This document shows, one piece after another, positions 10,062 to 19,649 of a DNA stretch of 53,292 bases; within the stretch, counting starts at the first letter, position 1; the number at the start of each line of letters is the position of its first letter. Source of the stretch: Thermoplasmata archaeon (GTDB lineage Archaea > Thermoplasmatota > Thermoplasmata > Lutacidiplasmatales > UBA184); assembly GCA_050749765.1 (NCBI GenBank), contig JBOGRR010000001.1:1-53292 (forward strand). The letters are read 5' to 3'. The notes under the pieces were generated by a model. The model was not told the DNA's origin, did not search any database, and saw nothing but the letters and a program-made list of their open reading frames with translations. A program made the position numbers and the translations under genes.

Positions 10062-10832
10062 TTGCGGACCTCGAACTGGCTCCATCGCGTCGCGGCGATC
10101 GTCACCGTCGTGCTCCTCGTCTACGTCGGCTCGATTGCCTACTCGGCGGCCCACGTTTCCGTGCAGACACCGAACGGAGGGTTTGGTTCACTGGGGGGCC
10201 AGAGCCTCGGCCCGAACCGCGTCAGCTATTCGACCGAGATCAACCTCACAAACGGTGGGTTCTACTCGATCACCGGATTCTCGGTGAGCGTCGTGAGTTA
10301 CCTTGCCGGCGGGCCGGTCGTCGGGGGCTACGCGGGCCAATCCACGACGATCGGTGCCGGAGCCCGGATGCAGATCCCCCTCCAGGTCGACGTTAACGTC
10401 GCTCCGGGATACCCCGGGCAGATGCTCCTCACTCAGAACGCGACCCTCGAGATCGAAGGGTGGGTCAATGCGACCCTCGGCTACCTCGTCAGCGCCTCCG
10501 TCGGGTTCACGGGCGGCAACGGCACCTCCTGGCACGCTCCGTTCGCGGACTACCGAGTGGGAGCGACGATCGCCGGACTCCTCGCCGACGCCACGCTCGA
10601 GTTTACCAACGGGCTCGATCTGACGCTCGCGGGGACGCTCACACTGACGCTCGTCGACGCGAGCGACGCCGCGTGCGGGTCGGGAACGATGGCCGTGAAC
10701 GTGCCCGGGAGTCACTCGTTCTCCGGGTCCACGGAGATCGCCCTGAGCGCCGGTTGCACTCCCGCGTTTGCGGAGTCGACGCTGAGCGGCCCCGGGTATG
10801 CGCTCACGCTACCGGTGGTGGTACTCACATGA
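10062..10832 (+). CDS. hypothetical membrane-anchored extracytoplasmic protein (beta-rich, several N-x-T/S sequons)
   Basis: The track ORF (9882..) starts inside tRNA-Thr, so it was trimmed to the in-frame TTG at 10062 just before the single N-terminal TM helix (VAAIVTVVLLVYVGSIAY). The start codon is uncertain. Confidence 0.45.
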   Translation: MRTSNWLHRVAAIVTVVLLVYVGSIAYSAAHVSVQTPNGGFGSLGGQSLGPNRVSYSTEINLTNGGFYSITGFSVSVVSYLAGGPVVGGYAGQSTTIGAGARMQIPLQVDVNVAPGYPGQMLLTQNATLEIEGWVNATLGYLVSASVGFTGGNGTSWHAPFADYRVGATIAGLLADATLEFTNGLDLTLAGTLTLTLVDASDAACGSGTMAVNVPGSHSFSGSTEIALSAGCTPAFAESTLSGPGYALTLPVVVLT

Positions 10833-11383
10833 GCACCGAAGCGCAGGATCCGACCCTCCCGTACGGGCCGGCGCCCTATCGCCTCGCGGATCCCCGGGCG
10901 CACCCTCGCCCGTCCCCGTGGATGACCCGGATCGCGCTCGGCGGACTGATCTTCATCGGGATCTACTCGACGCTCGTCGTCCTGCCGGCGTTTCTCTTCA
11001 CGCAGTTCCACAGCGCGGGTCTTCCCTCCCTGAGCGAGTCGCCGAACATGGTCCTCGTGGGAACCCTGCTTGCCGCGGTCGGTGCCGCCGCCTACGTGGT
11101 CCGACCGACCCGCGCCTATGGGCCGGTCGCGATCGGATGCGACGTGCTCGAGATCGTCTATCTGGTCCTGGTCTACCAACTCTCGCCGTTGAGCCTCTCG
11201 TTCGCCCAGAACGGAGGAGGCAGCGCCAACGGCATGTCGATCGCGCTCGCGATCGGCTTCGCAGGGATCATCCTGATCCTGATCATCGTCCAACTGCTCC
11301 ACCTCGCGGGGGACGCGGTGACGACCGCGGAGGACATGCGTCGCCCCTACGAGCGGCTCTGGTACACCTTCCCCGTCCGCTGA
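10829..11383 (+). CDS. hypothetical polytopic membrane protein
   Basis: ATG at 10829 overlaps the upstream stop (ATGA). About four hydrophobic helices. No family recognised. Confidence 0.5.
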   Translation: MSTEAQDPTLPYGPAPYRLADPRAHPRPSPWMTRIALGGLIFIGIYSTLVVLPAFLFTQFHSAGLPSLSESPNMVLVGTLLAAVGAAAYVVRPTRAYGPVAIGCDVLEIVYLVLVYQLSPLSLSFAQNGGGSANGMSIALAIGFAGIILILIIVQLLHLAGDAVTTAEDMRRPYERLWYTFPVR

Positions 11384-11393
11384 TCGGCGTCGG

Positions 11394-11861
11394 CTAACCG
11401 ACGACGCTCACGTTGACGATGCGCACCGGAGTCCGCGGCACGTCCCGGCTGTCGCGCGGGACCCCCGCGATCTTCTCCACGACCGCCTGGCCGCTTCGGA
11501 CCTTGCCGAAGACCGCATGGCGGTTGTCGAGGTGCGGGGTCGCCGAGAGCGTGATGAAGAACTGGCTCCCGCCCGTGTTCGGGCCCGCGTTGGCCATCGA
11601 GAAGACGCCCGGCCCGTCGTGCCGCAGCTCGCGGGAGAACTCGTCGGGGATGTTGTAGCCGGGGCCACCGGTCCCATCGCCTTTGGGGCAGCCGCCCTGG
11701 ATCATGAACCCCGGGATCACGCGGTGGAAGGTGAGCCCGCTGTAGAACCCCTTCTTCGCGAGCTGGAGGAAGTTCTCGGACGTCTTCGGGGCGCGATCGA
11801 CGAAGATCTCGGCGCGGATGTCGCCTTGCGTTGTGCGGATGAGCACGTTCGGATTTGCCAT
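11394..11861 (-). CDS. peptidyl-prolyl cis-trans isomerase, cyclophilin type
   Basis: 155 aa. [27 protein letters not shown] and HAVFGKV motifs. Confidence 0.93.
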   Translation of the reverse strand: MANPNVLIRTTQGDIRAEIFVDRAPKTSENFLQLAKKGFYSGLTFHRVIPGFMIQGGCPKGDGTGGPGYNIPDEFSRELRHDGPGVFSMANAGPNTGGSQFFITLSATPHLDNRHAVFGKVRSGQAVVEKIAGVPRDSRDVPRTPVRIVNVSVVG

Positions 11862-11892
11862 GACGGTTCCTCGGACCGAACGGGCATCACGG

Positions 11893-12342
11893 CTAGATGA
11901 AGTCGTCGCGGACCGCGGCGAGGTAGGCGAGCACCACGGCCACGACGATCACTCCGACGATCGTGCCGACCACATCGGCGTTGGTCAGCGAAAACGCGGG
12001 CGTCGCGTAGAAGAATCCCCAGATGACGCCGCTCAGTTGGCCGACGATGTAGAGGACCCCGACAACGAACATGACGATGAGCGCCCAGTAGCGCTGGTTC
12101 CATAGTCCGGTCGCGACCGCGAGGTAGATCAGGCCGAGGACGATCACCGCGACCGAGAGGATGACGGCATTGGTCGAGACGAACCCCAGGAAGGTTCCCG
12201 TGGTAGGAGCGGCACCGAAGCCCCAGCCGATCGCGGATGCGATCAGGACGATGACCCCGAAGACGATCGTGACGAATCCGACGATCCCGATCACGACCGC
12301 GATGAGCGCAGCGCCGAACGCCCGCTCTTGCGGCATCGACAC
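11893..12342 (-). CDS. hypothetical polytopic membrane protein
   Basis: 149 aa with 4-5 hydrophobic helices. Sits 31 nt upstream of the cyclophilin gene on the same strand. TATA-like AAGTAAC box about 27 nt upstream of the ATG. Confidence 0.5.
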   Translation of the reverse strand: MSMPQERAFGAALIAVVIGIVGFVTIVFGVIVLIASAIGWGFGAAPTTGTFLGFVSTNAVILSVAVIVLGLIYLAVATGLWNQRYWALIVMFVVGVLYIVGQLSGVIWGFFYATPAFSLTNADVVGTIVGVIVVAVVLAYLAAVRDDFI

Positions 12343-12431
12343 TTCCGGAGTAGCGCGACCCGTTACTTGAATGCGTCGGGAAGAAGGGTGCGGCCCCCAG
12401 GGATTTAACGGCCCTCCCGCCTCGGGCCAGC

Positions 12432-12956
12432 GTGCTCGATGACTCCGAACTCCCGCATGGCACAGCGCTCCTCGGTGACTCCGAGGAGGTCGTCGTGCAT
12501 TTTGACGGCGCGTGCCAGCCGCCGAAAGGAGGCGGGGTCGCCACCTACGGCTACACGATCGACGCGCCGGGGGCGCATACCGAGGGGTTCGGGCTCGCCG
12601 TACGCCCCGGGACGGAGCACGCGACCAACAACGTCGCGGAGTACTCGGGGGCGATCTGCGCGCTCGAAGAGCTCCGGGCCGGAGGCTACCGCGGCCGCGT
12701 CGTCCTGCGCGGGGACAGTCAGCTCGTGATCCGCCAGATGACCGGGGAATACGAGGTGCGCGCCGAGCACCTGAAGGCCTACCACGATCGACTCTCCCAG
12801 CTCGTCCGCGAGTTCGCGCTGGTGCGGTTCGAGTGGGTCCCGCGCGATGAGAACCTCCGGGCCGACGAGCTCAGCAAGGTCGCGCTCGCGAACGAGCTCC
12901 GCGCGGCTCGACGTTCGGCTTCGAAACGGTCGGCGCTCTCGACCGATGAGGCCTAG
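12432..12956 (+). CDS. rnhA: ribonuclease HI (type 1 RNase H)
   Basis: 174 aa, GTG start. DEDD-type pattern: HFDGAC, NNVAEYSGAICALE, LRGDSQLVIRQM, VPRDENLRADELSK. Confidence 0.8.
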   Translation: MLDDSELPHGTALLGDSEEVVVHFDGACQPPKGGGVATYGYTIDAPGAHTEGFGLAVRPGTEHATNNVAEYSGAICALEELRAGGYRGRVVLRGDSQLVIRQMTGEYEVRAEHLKAYHDRLSQLVREFALVRFEWVPRDENLRADELSKVALANELRAARRSASKRSALSTDEA

Positions 12957-13313
12957 ATCCACCGCACGGTGTAGATGAGGGTCCGACCCTCGGTCGCGGC
13001 CCGCACGCGGGCGGCATCGACATGCGTCGCATAGGCCGCCGCCGCTTCCAGCGTGAGGCGGTGGCGAGGCCGATCGGTGGTCGGTAGGGCGAAGAGGGGA
13101 CCAGGGGCCGAGATCGATTCTGGGAGCGGAGGAGGCGTTCCGGACAGTCTCATCGCGCCCCGCCGCGGCCCAGGCCTCGAGGTCTATGCACCGGGTTCAT
13201 CCCACCGCTCCGAGCGACTCCGGGAGCCCTACTTAAAGCACCGCGTGGACGCGCAACTCACACGCTCGAGACGTCGCACGACTTGATATGGGGAGGTACT
13301 TTCTTCCCGCTCG

Positions 13314-15035
13314 ATGGGCGAGCCCTCCGCGGTGATCGAGCGCGCCGAAGGCGAGCTACTCGAGTGCGCCGTCGAGGCCAGCCGGGCCGACTGGGTCTAC
13401 TCGACCTACGTGAACGATGACACCGAGGCGCTCTCCTCGCGCGCGAACGCCCGCCTAATGGATCGGACCGTAGCCTACGCGAAGGAGCTCGCGCGAGGTT
13501 CGGTCGACGGAGCAGGCCCCGAGGTCGCTCGCAAGACGAGGCTCCTCCGGGTCTCTCTATCGTTGGTCGCACCGTCGGGGCCGGGAGACGCAGAGCGTCT
13601 CGCGGCCCTCGTCGCACGGATGCAGGGTCACTACGCCAAGGGGAAGTTTCCGATCACGGGCCGGCCCGAGCCGCTCAACCTCGAGGCGCTCTCTCAGATC
13701 CTCGCGCTGAGCTCACGCCCCGCCGAGCTCGAGGAGGCATGGACCGCTTGGCACCGGGTCGGGGAAACGATGAAGGGGGACTTCACGCAGTACGTAGCGC
13801 TCACCAATCGCGGTGCGCGAGAGCTCGACTTCGCGGATACCGGGGCGATGTGGCGATCTCGCTACGACATGGAGGCGGACGCATTCGCGGCCGAGATCGA
13901 GCGTCTCTGGGGTGAGGTCCGACCGCTCTACGTGTCGCTGCACACCTATGTGCGCCGGCGTTTGCGCGAGCGCTATGGCGATTCGATCGTCCCGGAGCGT
14001 GGCCCGATCCCGGTCCATCTCCTCGGCAACATGTGGGGTCAGACGTGGGACAACCTATCCAGCTGGATCGCTCCGGCTGGCTCGGAGCCGGGATACGATC
14101 TCACGAAGATCCTCACCGCGCGCCACACCTGCCCGCTCGATATGGTCCGATACGCCGAACAATTCTTCGTGTCGCTCGGGCTCGATCCGCTCCCCGAGAC
14201 GTTCTGGCAGCGGTCCATGTTCGCGCGGCCCGCCGATCGGGAGGTCGTCTGCCACGCCTCGGCCTGGGATGTCGACTACGTAGACGATCTACGGATCAAG
14301 ATGTGCATCGAGATCACCGCGGAAGACTTCCAGGTGGTCCACCACGAGCTCGGGCACAACTACTACCAACGCGCGTACGCTCGCCAGCCGTTCCTGTTCC
14401 GCGAGAGCGCGCATGACGGCTTCCACGAGGCGGTCGGAGACACGATCGCGCTGTCGATCACGCCCGAGTACCTGGTGAAGATCGGGCTACTCGATGCGTT
14501 GCCGTCCTCCGAAGGCGACATCGGCCGGCTGCTGCGGACCGCGCTCACAAGCATTGCCTTCCTCCCCTTCGGGCTCGCCGTCGACCGCTGGAGGTGGAAG
14601 GTATTTTCCGGTGAGATCGAACCTTCTCGGTACACTTCGAGTTGGTGGGAGATGCGCGAACGCTACCAAGGAGTCCGGCCCCCCGGTGCCCGCACCGAGA
14701 GTACGTTTGACCCCGGCGCCAAGTACCATGTCCCGGCGAACGTACCGTACATGCGCTACTTCCTCGCGCAGATCCTCCAGTACCAGTTCCACCGCGCGCT
14801 CGCTCGCTCGATCGGCGCGAAAGGTCCGCTCCATCAGGTCTCGATCTACGGCCACCCCGAGGCCGGTGCGCGGCTCGGTCAAATGCTGTCCATGGGCGCG
14901 TCGCGGGAGTGGCCCGATGCCCTCGATGCGATCACCGGGGAGCGGAGCATGAGCGGGCGCGGGATCCTCGAGTACTTTCAGCCGCTGCAGAAGTGGCTCG
15001 ATGAGCAGAACCGAGGGCAGCCCGCAGGGTGGTGA
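13314..15035 (+). CDS. peptidase family M2 (angiotensin-converting-enzyme-like peptidyl-dipeptidase), no signal peptide
   Basis: 573 aa. Gluzincin motif [13 protein letters not shown] followed by the ACE-type third ligand region [21 protein letters not shown] box centred 27 nt upstream of the ATG. Confidence 0.85.
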   Translation: MGEPSAVIERAEGELLECAVEASRADWVYSTYVNDDTEALSSRANARLMDRTVAYAKELARGSVDGAGPEVARKTRLLRVSLSLVAPSGPGDAERLAALVARMQGHYAKGKFPITGRPEPLNLEALSQILALSSRPAELEEAWTAWHRVGETMKGDFTQYVALTNRGARELDFADTGAMWRSRYDMEADAFAAEIERLWGEVRPLYVSLHTYVRRRLRERYGDSIVPERGPIPVHLLGNMWGQTWDNLSSWIAPAGSEPGYDLTKILTARHTCPLDMVRYAEQFFVSLGLDPLPETFWQRSMFARPADREVVCHASAWDVDYVDDLRIKMCIEITAEDFQVVHHELGHNYYQRAYARQPFLFRESAHDGFHEAVGDTIALSITPEYLVKIGLLDALPSSEGDIGRLLRTALTSIAFLPFGLAVDRWRWKVFSGEIEPSRYTSSWWEMRERYQGVRPPGARTESTFDPGAKYHVPANVPYMRYFLAQILQYQFHRALARSIGAKGPLHQVSIYGHPEAGARLGQMLSMGASREWPDALDAITGERSMSGRGILEYFQPLQKWLDEQNRGQPAGW

Positions 15036-15176
15036 GCCAACGGGGCCCAGCGGGGCCGAGCATTGCCGGTCCCGGCGTCTTCCCGGACTCTCTTCAGCGA
15101 GGAACCGACCCCGCGGCGATTCCGTCGTTCGGATCGCGGGATCGGACAGATTCGTCGCCGGTGGGGCCGCCGGACT

Positions 15177-15626
15177 CTAGGTGGAAGTCGCCGGGCGCCG
15201 CCGTCGCCGGTCGGCGACGATCGTCACGTAGCCGAGCAACGCTAGGACGATCGCGAACCAGAGGAATTGGATCGGAGCCCATGCTACCGGTATCACCCCC
15301 GTCGCGAAGAGGGCCCCGAAGCTCGCCGCGACGAGAAGCACGAGCAGGGCCAACGCGGTGGCGGGGAACGCGCCCGGCATCGCGCGCCGGGCGACATACG
15401 TGATCAGCGTGAGGCCAATGACGAGCAGTACGAGCACCCCGGCCGCATAGGTGTGGACCGTACCAACGATGGTTCCCGGGTCAGCGAGGCACGCGGGAAA
15501 CTGGGCGCACGAGATCGACTCCGCGTTCCCGTAGGTCACGATCAGGGTGACCGCAGCGAAGATCAACGCGATCGAAACGAGCGCGAGGCCTTCGGTCACC
15601 CGTGCGCTCCGCTCCGTCGCCGCCAC
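15177..15626 (-). CDS. 4-TM membrane protein, possibly short COX15/CtaA-like
   Basis: 149 aa with four helices. The loop after TM1 carries C-x5-C (SCAQFPAC, compare CPDWPxC of CtaA), followed by a His in TM2 (TVHTYAAG). The family assignment is tentative. Confidence 0.4.
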   Translation of the reverse strand: MAATERSARVTEGLALVSIALIFAAVTLIVTYGNAESISCAQFPACLADPGTIVGTVHTYAAGVLVLLVIGLTLITYVARRAMPGAFPATALALLVLLVAASFGALFATGVIPVAWAPIQFLWFAIVLALLGYVTIVADRRRRRPATST

Positions 15627-15728
15627 GTTCGGTCTCGACCCCCGGGCGATTCATCTCGATGGCGTGCGGACTGCGATGAGGATTTGTGCGGACGAATGAT
15701 GTAAGGTCGAGTTCGCGGAGACCGTCGA

Positions 15729-16514
15729 ATGGGACGCATGGCGACGAAGGCCCGCCGGGCGCGATTGGCCATCTACGAAGGGCATGCCGACCTCTACGAC
15801 CGAGTCTACTCGTTCAAGGACTATGGTCACGAAGTGCGCCAGCTTCGGCGGATCCTTCGTCTCCACGGGATTCGTCCAGGGGCGCGACTGCTCGACGTCG
15901 GGAGCGGGACGGCCGAGCATCTCGTTCACCTTGCCCCGCACTACGACGTTGTCGGGCTCGACGCGAGCATCGAGATGCTCCGTGTAGCTCGTTCGAAGCT
16001 GCCCGGGGTCCGCTTCTACCGCGGGCGGATGGAGACCTTCGACCTCGGTCGTCGCTTCGACATCATCACCTGCTTGTTCTCCGGGATCGGCTGCGTCCGC
16101 ACACTCGGCGCACTTCGAGCCACGGTCCGACGCATGTCGGCTCACCTCGCGCAGGGGGGGCTGTTGGTGGTGGAGCCGTGGCTCGAGCCGAGCGCCTTCG
16201 AGTCGGGTCACTCCCATCTCCTCACCGTCGATGAGCCCGACCTCAAGATCGCAAGGTTGAGTTTCGGGAGCCGAGAGGGCCGAACCTCGGTGATCGAGAT
16301 GCGCTATCTCGTGAGCGATCCTCACGGGATTCGATCGTTCCACGAGCGCCACGAGATGGGCCTGTTCACACGTTCGCAGATGATCCGCGCCTTCGAGGCG
16401 GCGGGGCTCCAGGCCGAGCACCGGAGCTCGGGCCTGTCGGGCCGAGGGATCTATCTCGCGAGGGCCGCCCCGGTCACGGGGCGCTCAGTGGCGGCTCATC
16501 GTACCCGGCGATGA
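15729..16514 (+). CDS. class I SAM-dependent methyltransferase
   Basis: 261 aa. Motif I LLDVGSGTAEH, then VVGLDASIEMLRVAR and FDIITCLFSGIG. The overall pattern resembles small-molecule/sugar N-methyltransferases. Confidence 0.85.
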   Translation: MGRMATKARRARLAIYEGHADLYDRVYSFKDYGHEVRQLRRILRLHGIRPGARLLDVGSGTAEHLVHLAPHYDVVGLDASIEMLRVARSKLPGVRFYRGRMETFDLGRRFDIITCLFSGIGCVRTLGALRATVRRMSAHLAQGGLLVVEPWLEPSAFESGHSHLLTVDEPDLKIARLSFGSREGRTSVIEMRYLVSDPHGIRSFHERHEMGLFTRSQMIRAFEAAGLQAEHRSSGLSGRGIYLARAAPVTGRSVAAHRTRR

Positions 16515-17002
16515 ACCCCGCGGACGTCGTGTGATTCACGAGGGGCCTGTTCGTGAGCCTGCCGTTGCTAGTGATCGCGACCTAGCCGTCGGCGGTCACG
16601 ATCCAGGTGTTCCGGAGGACGACTCGGATCCCCCGACCCCGGATTCCCCCGTAGGTGATCGTGTCGCCGTAGCGGATCGAGCGGTCGCGCAGCAGGAACC
16701 CCCGACGACAATGTTGCTCAGCGTCGATTGGAAGGCTAGCGAGACGACCAGTGCGAGAATCCCGATAGGGTGAGTATGGCGAGGATCTACGCGAGCCCGG
16801 TATCGGCGACGATCACGATCGCCGCGAGGATGAGGGCCACGAACCTACCCCGTTCGGGGATCGCGTGGGCGGTCGCCCTTCGCGCGCCGGCTCGAAGAGC
16901 GAGGCGGCTGAGCGCATGCCCGATCAGCTCGAAGATCACGAAGAAGCCAGCGGCGATCGCGATCGGCCCGACGGTGAGGATGAGCCACCCTGGAGGTTCC
17001 AT
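16474..17002 (-). pseudogene. decayed MscS-family mechanosensitive channel gene
   Basis: Minus-strand translation gives TM helices (MEPPGWLILTVGPIAIAAGFFVIF.., FVALILAAIVIVADTGL). In shifted frames it gives the MscS pore/beta signature IGILALVVSLAFQSTLSNIVVGG / FLLRDRSIRYGDTITYGGIRGRGIRVVLRNTWIVTADG*VAITSNGRLTNRPLVNH. This needs a frame change near 16787, another in the C5 run at 16699-16703, and read-through of an in-frame TAG at 16582-16584. The C-terminal domain is missing. Confidence 0.5.
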
Positions 17003-17131
17003 GTGCGGGAACCACGGGACATCCGTTGGCACGGCTATGCCTGCATCGGCAGGCGCGGAGCTTTCTCCGGGCCGCCGAACCGAGCTTGGCCGCTCGAACC
17101 GTAGGTATATCAGTCGGGAGCCGAAGTTGAA

Positions 17132-17686
17132 GTGAGTCACGGAATGGCCGAATCGATCGCCCTCTCGATACCTGCGCCCGACCGCTCGCCGGTACCCGAG
17201 ATCCTGAGCACCGTCTGGGACCGAAGGCCCGCGCTCCTCGACACCGTACGGGGCCGATGGCGTTGGCGAGAGTCCGCGGAACGCATATCCGAGGTGCGCG
17301 AACTTCTGTTGTGGAAGCTCGTTCCCGGCTCGATCTCCATCGACCTCACGAATTTCGCCGCGCTCTCGTTGGAAGCCAATCGCCCCGGTGACCACCCGAG
17401 CGAGGTGATCCTGTATCCCGCGCGGACCGAGGTCGCTGGTACCGAGGGGCGGATCGCCGTAGGGCTCCTGCTCTTCTACGCGCTACCGTCCTCTCGCATG
17501 GACGGGGCCGCCCCTGAACGGGCGCGGGCCTACTACCGCGTCATCGAAACGCTCGACCACTGGGCGGATGCCCTCGCTCAGCTCCACCCCGACCGCGAGG
17601 TTCGAGCGATCGACCTGCCGATGCCCGGTTGGATGCAGCAGCTGGCCCGACCCACCACCGCGAACGCTTGCCAATTGCTATCTTGA
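17132..17686 (+). CDS. hypothetical protein (no recognisable domain)
   Basis: 184 codons (GTG 17132, alternative ATG 17144). GGTATATC box at 17104-17111 lies about 27 nt upstream. Amino-acid composition is not the Arg/Pro/Gly-rich artefact type. Confidence 0.5.
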   Translation: MSHGMAESIALSIPAPDRSPVPEILSTVWDRRPALLDTVRGRWRWRESAERISEVRELLLWKLVPGSISIDLTNFAALSLEANRPGDHPSEVILYPARTEVAGTEGRIAVGLLLFYALPSSRMDGAAPERARAYYRVIETLDHWADALAQLHPDREVRAIDLPMPGWMQQLARPTTANACQLLS

Positions 17687-17687
17687 G

Positions 17688-17759
17688 TGGACACGGGGGG
17701 ATTTGAACCCCCGACCTCTGCTTTGCGAAAGCAGCGATCTTCCGCTGATCTACGTGCCC
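17688..17759 (-). tRNA. tRNA-Ala (anticodon CGC)
   Basis: Hand-folded 72-nt cloverleaf on the minus strand: acceptor GGGCACG/CGTGTCC with the G3:U70 alanine identity pair, anticodon arm CTGCT-TTCGCAA-AGCAG, T arm GGGGG-TTCAAAT-CCCCC. CCA is not encoded. Confidence 0.9.
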
Positions 17760-17843
17760 AGCTCGGGCCCCGGACGGCATCTCGGCCTTAACGGTTCCGA
17801 GGCGCCGCTCACCTCTCATACGGACGGCGGCTCCGGTCGTCGA

Positions 17844-18962
17844 ATGGACATCGTACGGATCGACATCGAGGAGCTCGAGCTTGCGCTCGTAGAGCCGTTC
17901 GAGACCAGCTTCGGCGTCGAACTGAGGCGCCGCTTCCTCCTCGTGCATCTGGAGGATGCACAGGGGACCGAGGGATGGGGGGAGTGCGTCGCTTCGCGCG
18001 AGCCGCTCTACAGCGAAGAGACCGTCGCGAGCGCGTGGTCGTTCCTTGCGGAGTGCGTGGTCCCCCGCTGGCGCAAGACCCCACCTTCCGACCTCGAGGG
18101 CGTCACCCGCCTTCTCGCCGCCTTCCGTGGGAATCGAATGGCGAAGTCGGCCCTCCAGCAGGCCCTGGTCGATCAGAGCGCCCGCCGTGCGAGGCAGCCT
18201 CTGGCACGCTGGCTCGGTGGACGACGCTCTCACATCCCCGTCGGCGTCAGCGTCGGCATCCATCCCACCGCGAGCCGGCTGGTCGCGCGCGTCGGACGGT
18301 ATGTGGACGACGGCTACCGACGTATCAAGTTGAAAGTTCGTCCCGGGTACGATGCGGAACCGGTCTGTGCGGTCCGCCGAGCGTTCCCGGATCTCACCCT
18401 CTGGGTCGATGCCAACCAAGCCTACGCTCCCACGGCCGGCCCGCGAATCGCCGCGTGGGCCCGACAGTTCCGAGTCGCTCAAGTCGAGCAGCCGTTTCCG
18501 GAGCGAGCCCTGCGCGCTCACGCCCGGCTAGCCCGTCGGGCTCCGTTTCGAGTGTGCCTCGACGAGTCGATCGTTGATTCCGAGAGCCTGGACGACGCGC
18601 TAGACGTCCGAGCCATGACGAGCGTGAACGTGAAAACCGGGCGGATCGGGGGTCCCCTGGTCGCCCGAGAACTCGCCCGTCGCGCGGTCCGTCACGGGGT
18701 GGTGGCGTGGGTCGGGGGCATGCTCGAGAGCGGCGTCGGGCGGGCGCATAACGTTCATTTCGCTTCGCTCGGAGCGTTCACGCTGCCCGGTGACATTTCC
18801 GCGAGCGACCGGTACTACCTGGACGAGATCATCGACCGACCGTTCGCGCTCGAACGGGATGGGACCCTCGCCGTACCCTCCGGCCCGGGGACCGGTGTCG
18901 AGCTGGCCGAGCCCGCTCATCGACGAGCGGTGCGACGACGACGCAGCTACCGCTTGAAGTGA
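17844..18962 (+). CDS. enolase-superfamily enzyme, o-succinylbenzoate synthase / N-succinylamino-acid racemase-like
   Basis: Trimmed from ORF 17568.. (which would run through tRNA-Ala) to the ATG at 17844. Motifs: MDIVRIDIEELELALVEPFETSFG, KLKVRPGYD, LWVDANQAY, VEQPF, LDESI. Confidence 0.8.
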   Translation: MDIVRIDIEELELALVEPFETSFGVELRRRFLLVHLEDAQGTEGWGECVASREPLYSEETVASAWSFLAECVVPRWRKTPPSDLEGVTRLLAAFRGNRMAKSALQQALVDQSARRARQPLARWLGGRRSHIPVGVSVGIHPTASRLVARVGRYVDDGYRRIKLKVRPGYDAEPVCAVRRAFPDLTLWVDANQAYAPTAGPRIAAWARQFRVAQVEQPFPERALRAHARLARRAPFRVCLDESIVDSESLDDALDVRAMTSVNVKTGRIGGPLVARELARRAVRHGVVAWVGGMLESGVGRAHNVHFASLGAFTLPGDISASDRYYLDEIIDRPFALERDGTLAVPSGPGTGVELAEPAHRRAVRRRRSYRLK

Positions 18963-19004
18963 GCGGCGCCGGCCCGGGGGACTCCCTACCCTTACACTTC
19001 GAGA

Positions 19005-19613
19005 TCAGGCCGGGCTGAGCGCCAGCGGGAGCGTCTGGGCATCGGGCGGGCTCGTGCGCCGGGCGGTCGTCGCCGCCGACTCCGCTTTCGGAGCCGGAGG
19101 TTCGGCAGCGGCTTTCGTCGCCGGGGGAGTCCGCGGCGGCGCGGGTTTGCGCATGGTGACGACCTGGTGCTCGTCGGCATCGTAGCGGAAGAGCTCGGCG
19201 TACCGGCCCCAGTTGACGATGTTCTGGACGACCTCGTCCGACGGTGCGGTGGTGAATTCCACGAGGCGTGCGAGCTCCTCGTCGGAGAGGCGGTGGTGGG
19301 GCGCGCTGTCGAGGGCTCGGATCAGCGTGCGGAAGAGGGTCGTGCGCTTGAGCTGCTCGCGGACCGTGAGCTTGCGCTCTCGGATCGACCCGGTGAGGAA
19401 CTTTCGTCCGGTCTCGGTCAGGCTCGCCCGCCCGTCATCGACCTTGACGAAGTCGAGGGCTTCCGAGAAATCGATCGATGGGAGGATCTCATCGATCTCG
19501 AGGTCGAGGTCATCGGCCAGACGAGCTACGTCGTCCGACCCTTTGTGACTGTCCATGAGGACGAGCAGCCCCGTCAGTTCCGAGACCGAGCATTTGGGGT
19601 AGGTGGTAGGCAT
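19005..19613 (-). CDS. stand-alone AAA-associated C-terminal domain protein (ABC-transporter accessory), Pro/Ala-rich tail
   Basis: 202 aa. The pattern LTGLLVLMD..DDVARLADDLDLEIDEILPSIDFSEALDFVKVDDGRASLTETGRKF...NWGRYAELFRYD matches the domain usually fused to NitT/TauT-type ABC ATPases. Located 36 nt downstream of the ATPase gene. Confidence 0.6.
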   Translation of the reverse strand: MPTTYPKCSVSELTGLLVLMDSHKGSDDVARLADDLDLEIDEILPSIDFSEALDFVKVDDGRASLTETGRKFLTGSIRERKLTVREQLKRTTLFRTLIRALDSAPHHRLSDEELARLVEFTTAPSDEVVQNIVNWGRYAELFRYDADEHQVVTMRKPAPPRTPPATKAAAEPPAPKAESAATTARRTSPPDAQTLPLALSPA

Positions 19614-19649
19614 AGAGGACCGCTGCAGGGAGTGGGAGGGAGCCCGCCC

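Noticed and set aside
12953-13153. 66-codon minus-strand ORF downstream of rnhA
   Set aside because: No motif, weak promoter-like context only, Pro/Ala/Arg-rich. It cannot be distinguished from a chance ORF without comparative data.
16582-16584. In-frame TAG in the MscS-like reading frame as a possible pyrrolysine codon
   Set aside because: The same gene also needs two frameshifts and lacks its C-terminal domain. No pyl genes or methylamine methyltransferases are in the window. Simple decay is the more parsimonious explanation.
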